From: Pseudomonas aeruginosa | GTDB lineage: Bacteria; Pseudomonadota; Gammaproteobacteria; Pseudomonadales; Pseudomonadaceae | Direction of reading: 5' to 3' | Assembly (NCBI RefSeq): GCF_001457615.1 | Contig: NZ_LN831024.1 | Location: 3,030,001-3,062,000, forward strand | Length of the DNA: 32,000 nt | Shown: piece by piece, positions 29,783 to 32,000 of the stretch | Position numbering within the stretch: position 1 is the stretch's first letter | How the letters are laid out: each line of letters starts with the position of its first letter | The notes under the pieces: model-generated | Told to the model about the DNA's origin: nothing | The model's input: only the letters and a program-made list of their open reading frames with translations | Databases searched by the model: none | Program-made: the position numbers and the translations under genes

Positions 29783-31036
29783 ATGAACAACATCGAGACG
29801 TTCGAAAGGCTCGAATCCAACGTGCGGATGTACTGCCGCGACTTGCCCCTGGTGTTCGATACCGCCCAAGGCAGCAGGATCCGCGGCGAAGATGGCCGCG
29901 AATACCTGGACTTCTTCGCCGGCGCCGGCGCCCTGAACTATGGCCACAACGACCCGCGCATGCGCGATGCGCTGATCGCGTATCTGTCGGCCAACGGCGT
30001 GACCCACGCCCTCGACCTGCACACCACCACCAAGCGCCAGTTCCTGGAAGCGATCGAGCGCGACCTGTTCAAGCCACGCGGCTGGGACTACAAGGTCCAG
30101 TTCACCGGCCCGACCGGTGCCGACGCCGTCGAGGCGGCGTTGAAGCTGGCGCGCAAGGCGACCGGGCGTACCAAGGTCGTATCGTTCTACGGGGCTTACC
30201 ACGGCATGACCGCCGGCGCCCTGGCCGTCACCGGCAACCGCACTCGCCGTGGCCCTGGGCTTTCCACCGACGTGGTGTTCGTGCCCTACGAAGACAGCCC
30301 CTATGGCGAATTCGACAGCATTGGCTTCCTCGAGCGCCTGGCCAACGACCAGGGCAGCGGCTCGGAGCTGCCGGCGGCGGTGATCGTCGAGTCGGTGCAG
30401 ATCCAGGCCGGCGTCTACCCGGCTTCCAACCAATGGCTGCAACGCTTGCGCAAGTGGACCACCGACCACGGCGTGCTGCTTATCTGCGACGAGATCCAGG
30501 CCGGTTGCGGCCGCACCGGCGACTTCTTCGGCTTCGAGCGCTCCGGGGTGGTGCCGGACCTGATCACCTGCGCCAAATCGATCGGCGGCTTCGGCCTGCC
30601 GATGGCGATCGTGTTGCTTCGTGCCGGGCTGGATGTATGGCAACCGGGCGATCACATCGGCACCTTCCGCGGCAACCAGTTGGCGTTCCTGACCGCCCGC
30701 ATCGCGCTCAGCTATTGGCACGATGAGCAGTTCCTGAAATTGCTGGCCGGCAACTGCGCGGCCATGGAGCGCGCAGTTGCCGGCTTTGCGGAAATTCCAG
30801 GCGTCGCGTCCGCGCGTTGTCGCGGCATGATCGCCGGCATCGATTTCGGCCGCGGCAACGTCGAGGTCGCCAAGGACGCCCAGCAGCGCGTGCTGCAAGC
30901 GGGCGTGCTGGTCGACCGCTGCGGCCCGAATGGCGAAATCATCAAGCTGATGCCACCGCTGAACACTCCGACCGACCAACTCGAAGACGGCCTCAGGGCC
31001 TTCGGCGAATCGGTCGCGGCAGCGCTGGGCGAATAG
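29783..31036 (+). CDS. Class-III aminotransferase, diaminobutyrate--2-oxoglutarate transaminase (EctB)-like
   Basis: NNIETFERLESNVRMYCRDLPLVFDTAQGSRIRGEDGREYLDFFAGAGALNYGHNDP; FTGPTGADAVEAALKLARKATGR; ICDEIQAGCGRTGDFFGFE; TFRGNQLAF. Confidence 0.88.
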   Translation: MNNIETFERLESNVRMYCRDLPLVFDTAQGSRIRGEDGREYLDFFAGAGALNYGHNDPRMRDALIAYLSANGVTHALDLHTTTKRQFLEAIERDLFKPRGWDYKVQFTGPTGADAVEAALKLARKATGRTKVVSFYGAYHGMTAGALAVTGNRTRRGPGLSTDVVFVPYEDSPYGEFDSIGFLERLANDQGSGSELPAAVIVESVQIQAGVYPASNQWLQRLRKWTTDHGVLLICDEIQAGCGRTGDFFGFERSGVVPDLITCAKSIGGFGLPMAIVLLRAGLDVWQPGDHIGTFRGNQLAFLTARIALSYWHDEQFLKLLAGNCAAMERAVAGFAEIPGVASARCRGMIAGIDFGRGNVEVAKDAQQRVLQAGVLVDRCGPNGEIIKLMPPLNTPTDQLEDGLRAFGESVAAALGE

Positions 31037-31124
31037 CTGCCAGGGTCACCCTTCGGCCTGTGTTGAAGCGCAGGCCGGAGACCTGTTGGACATCAGCCAG
31101 AACAATAATCAGGAGACCTCGAGC

Positions 31125-32000
31125 GTGCGTGAACACAATGATGAAAGCTTCGAGTTCGAAGTGTCCGTGATCGGGCTCGGAGCCATGGGAACCATCATGG
31201 CCCAAGCGTTGCTCAGGCAAGGCAGGCGCGTGGCGATCTGGAACCGCTCACCCGGCAAGGCCGCGGCGCTCGTCGCCGCTGGCGCTCACCTGTGCGAGAG
31301 CGCCGAAGCCGCGCTGGCTGCAAGCCCGGCCACGATCTTCGTGCTCCTGGACAACCAGGCGACCCACGAGGTGCTCGGGATGCCAGGTGTGATGCAGGCA
31401 CTGGCCAACCGTACGATCGTCGATTACACGACCAACGCCCGGGACGAGGGCCTGGCGCTTCAGAGTCTCGTCAACCGCGCGGGCGGCCATTACGTCAAAG
31501 GGATGATCGTGGCCTACCCGCGCAACGTTGGTCGTCGCGAAAGCCACAGCATTCATACCGGTGATCCTGAGGCCTTCGAACGGCATCGGGCGCTGCTTGA
31601 GGGGCTTGCCGGCCATACGACGTTCCTCCCCTGGGACGAAGCATTGGCCTTCGCCACCGTGCTCCACGCGCATGCGTTTGCCGCGATGGTGGCTTTCTTC
31701 GAGGCCGTGGGGGCTGGTGTCCACTTCGGCCTGCCGCCTTCGAAGACCGCTCGGCTCATGCTCGACACGTCGCGCTTTTTCGTCGCCGATGCACTCGAGG
31801 AAGCGGTCCGTCGGCTGGAAGCGCAGGATTTCGCAGGCGATCAGGCGAGGCTCGATGTACATGCCCAGGCCTTCGCCCATATCGCCGGAGCCCTGCACGC
31901 ACAAGGGACCTGGACGCCGGTCTTCGACGCGCTGTGCCAGGCCGTGCAACGCGCGGCAGCCATGGGCTATGGCGACCAGGACATCGTAGCCGTCACCCGC
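31125..32000 (+). CDS. Imine-reductase-like / 6-phosphogluconate-dehydrogenase-type NAD(P)-binding oxidoreductase (truncated by window end)
   Basis: GTG start with AGGAG 9 nt upstream; VSVIGLGAMGTIMAQALLRQGRRVAIWNRSPGKAAALVAAGA...DYTTNARDEG...GHYVKGMIVAYPRNVGRRESHSIHTGDPEAF...; the frame stays open to base 32000. Not in the ORF track. Confidence 0.85.
   Translation, partial: MREHNDESFEFEVSVIGLGAMGTIMAQALLRQGRRVAIWNRSPGKAAALVAAGAHLCESAEAALAASPATIFVLLDNQATHEVLGMPGVMQALANRTIVDYTTNARDEGLALQSLVNRAGGHYVKGMIVAYPRNVGRRESHSIHTGDPEAFERHRALLEGLAGHTTFLPWDEALAFATVLHAHAFAAMVAFFEAVGAGVHFGLPPSKTARLMLDTSRFFVADALEEAVRRLEAQDFAGDQARLDVHAQAFAHIAGALHAQGTWTPVFDALCQAVQRAAAMGYGDQDIVAVTR

Noticed and set aside
29503-30726. 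407-aa Arg-rich plus-strand ORF overlapping ALDH and EctB-like genes in another frame
   Set aside because: Arg/Pro/Gly-rich frame-shifted translation without recognisable motifs; overlaps the real genes.
28295-30979. 894-aa minus-strand ORF opposite the ALDH and transaminase genes
   Set aside because: Low-complexity His/Gln/Val/Ala/Gly-rich translation with no domain; it shadows two strongly recognisable plus-strand enzymes. Typical antisense ORF in high-GC codon-biased DNA.
29783-31036. Ectoine biosynthesis cluster
   Set aside because: The EctB-like aminotransferase is present but no ectA, ectC or ectD context is seen in the window, so an ectoine pathway is not supported.
1-32000. CRISPR arrays, tRNA/rRNA genes, transposases or integrases
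   Set aside because: No regularly spaced repeats of CRISPR length, no tRNA-like cloverleaf noticed, and no mobile-element protein among the ORFs, so mobile island borders cannot be claimed.

Overview
This 32 kb window has the GC-rich, coding-dense character of a Pseudomonas-type chromosome. Left end (1-3.1 kb, minus strand): the start of a psl-type exopolysaccharide operon. It holds a pslA-like glycosyl-1-phosphate transferase, a pslB-like bifunctional mannose-1-P guanylyltransferase/isomerase and the N-terminus of a pslC-like glycosyltransferase. Two FleQ-box-like dyads lie upstream. 3.6-9.1 kb: housekeeping or accessory singletons (lysozyme-like lipoprotein, MOSC, SDR, glycine-zipper protein with a perfect Anr/FNR-type box, MBL-fold hydrolase, orphan membrane protein). 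9.1-32 kb: a large, apparently catabolic or modifying neighbourhood. It contains a PucR-type regulator next to a PhyH dioxygenase; an operon DUF1329 / DUF1302 / RND(MMPL) / Ycf48-like; an operon PhyH / DAO-type FAD oxidoreductase / membrane protein; a TetR regulator; a Baeyer-Villiger-type monooxygenase / alpha-beta hydrolase pair; and an amine-flavoured set (Fe-ADH, APC permease, aminobutyraldehyde-type ALDH, EctB-like transaminase, imine-reductase-like dehydrogenase that runs off the window). The most interesting non-coding signal is a tandem 13-bp motif (rrTCAwnnGAtcA-like), present as 3+3+2 units. It occurs upstream of the DUF1329 operon, upstream of the PhyH/FAD operon (between it and the TetR gene) and immediately upstream of the BVMO/hydrolase operon, which suggests one regulon. 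No tRNA, rRNA, CRISPR or transposase was found. All homology calls come from sequence recognition only; no searches were run.
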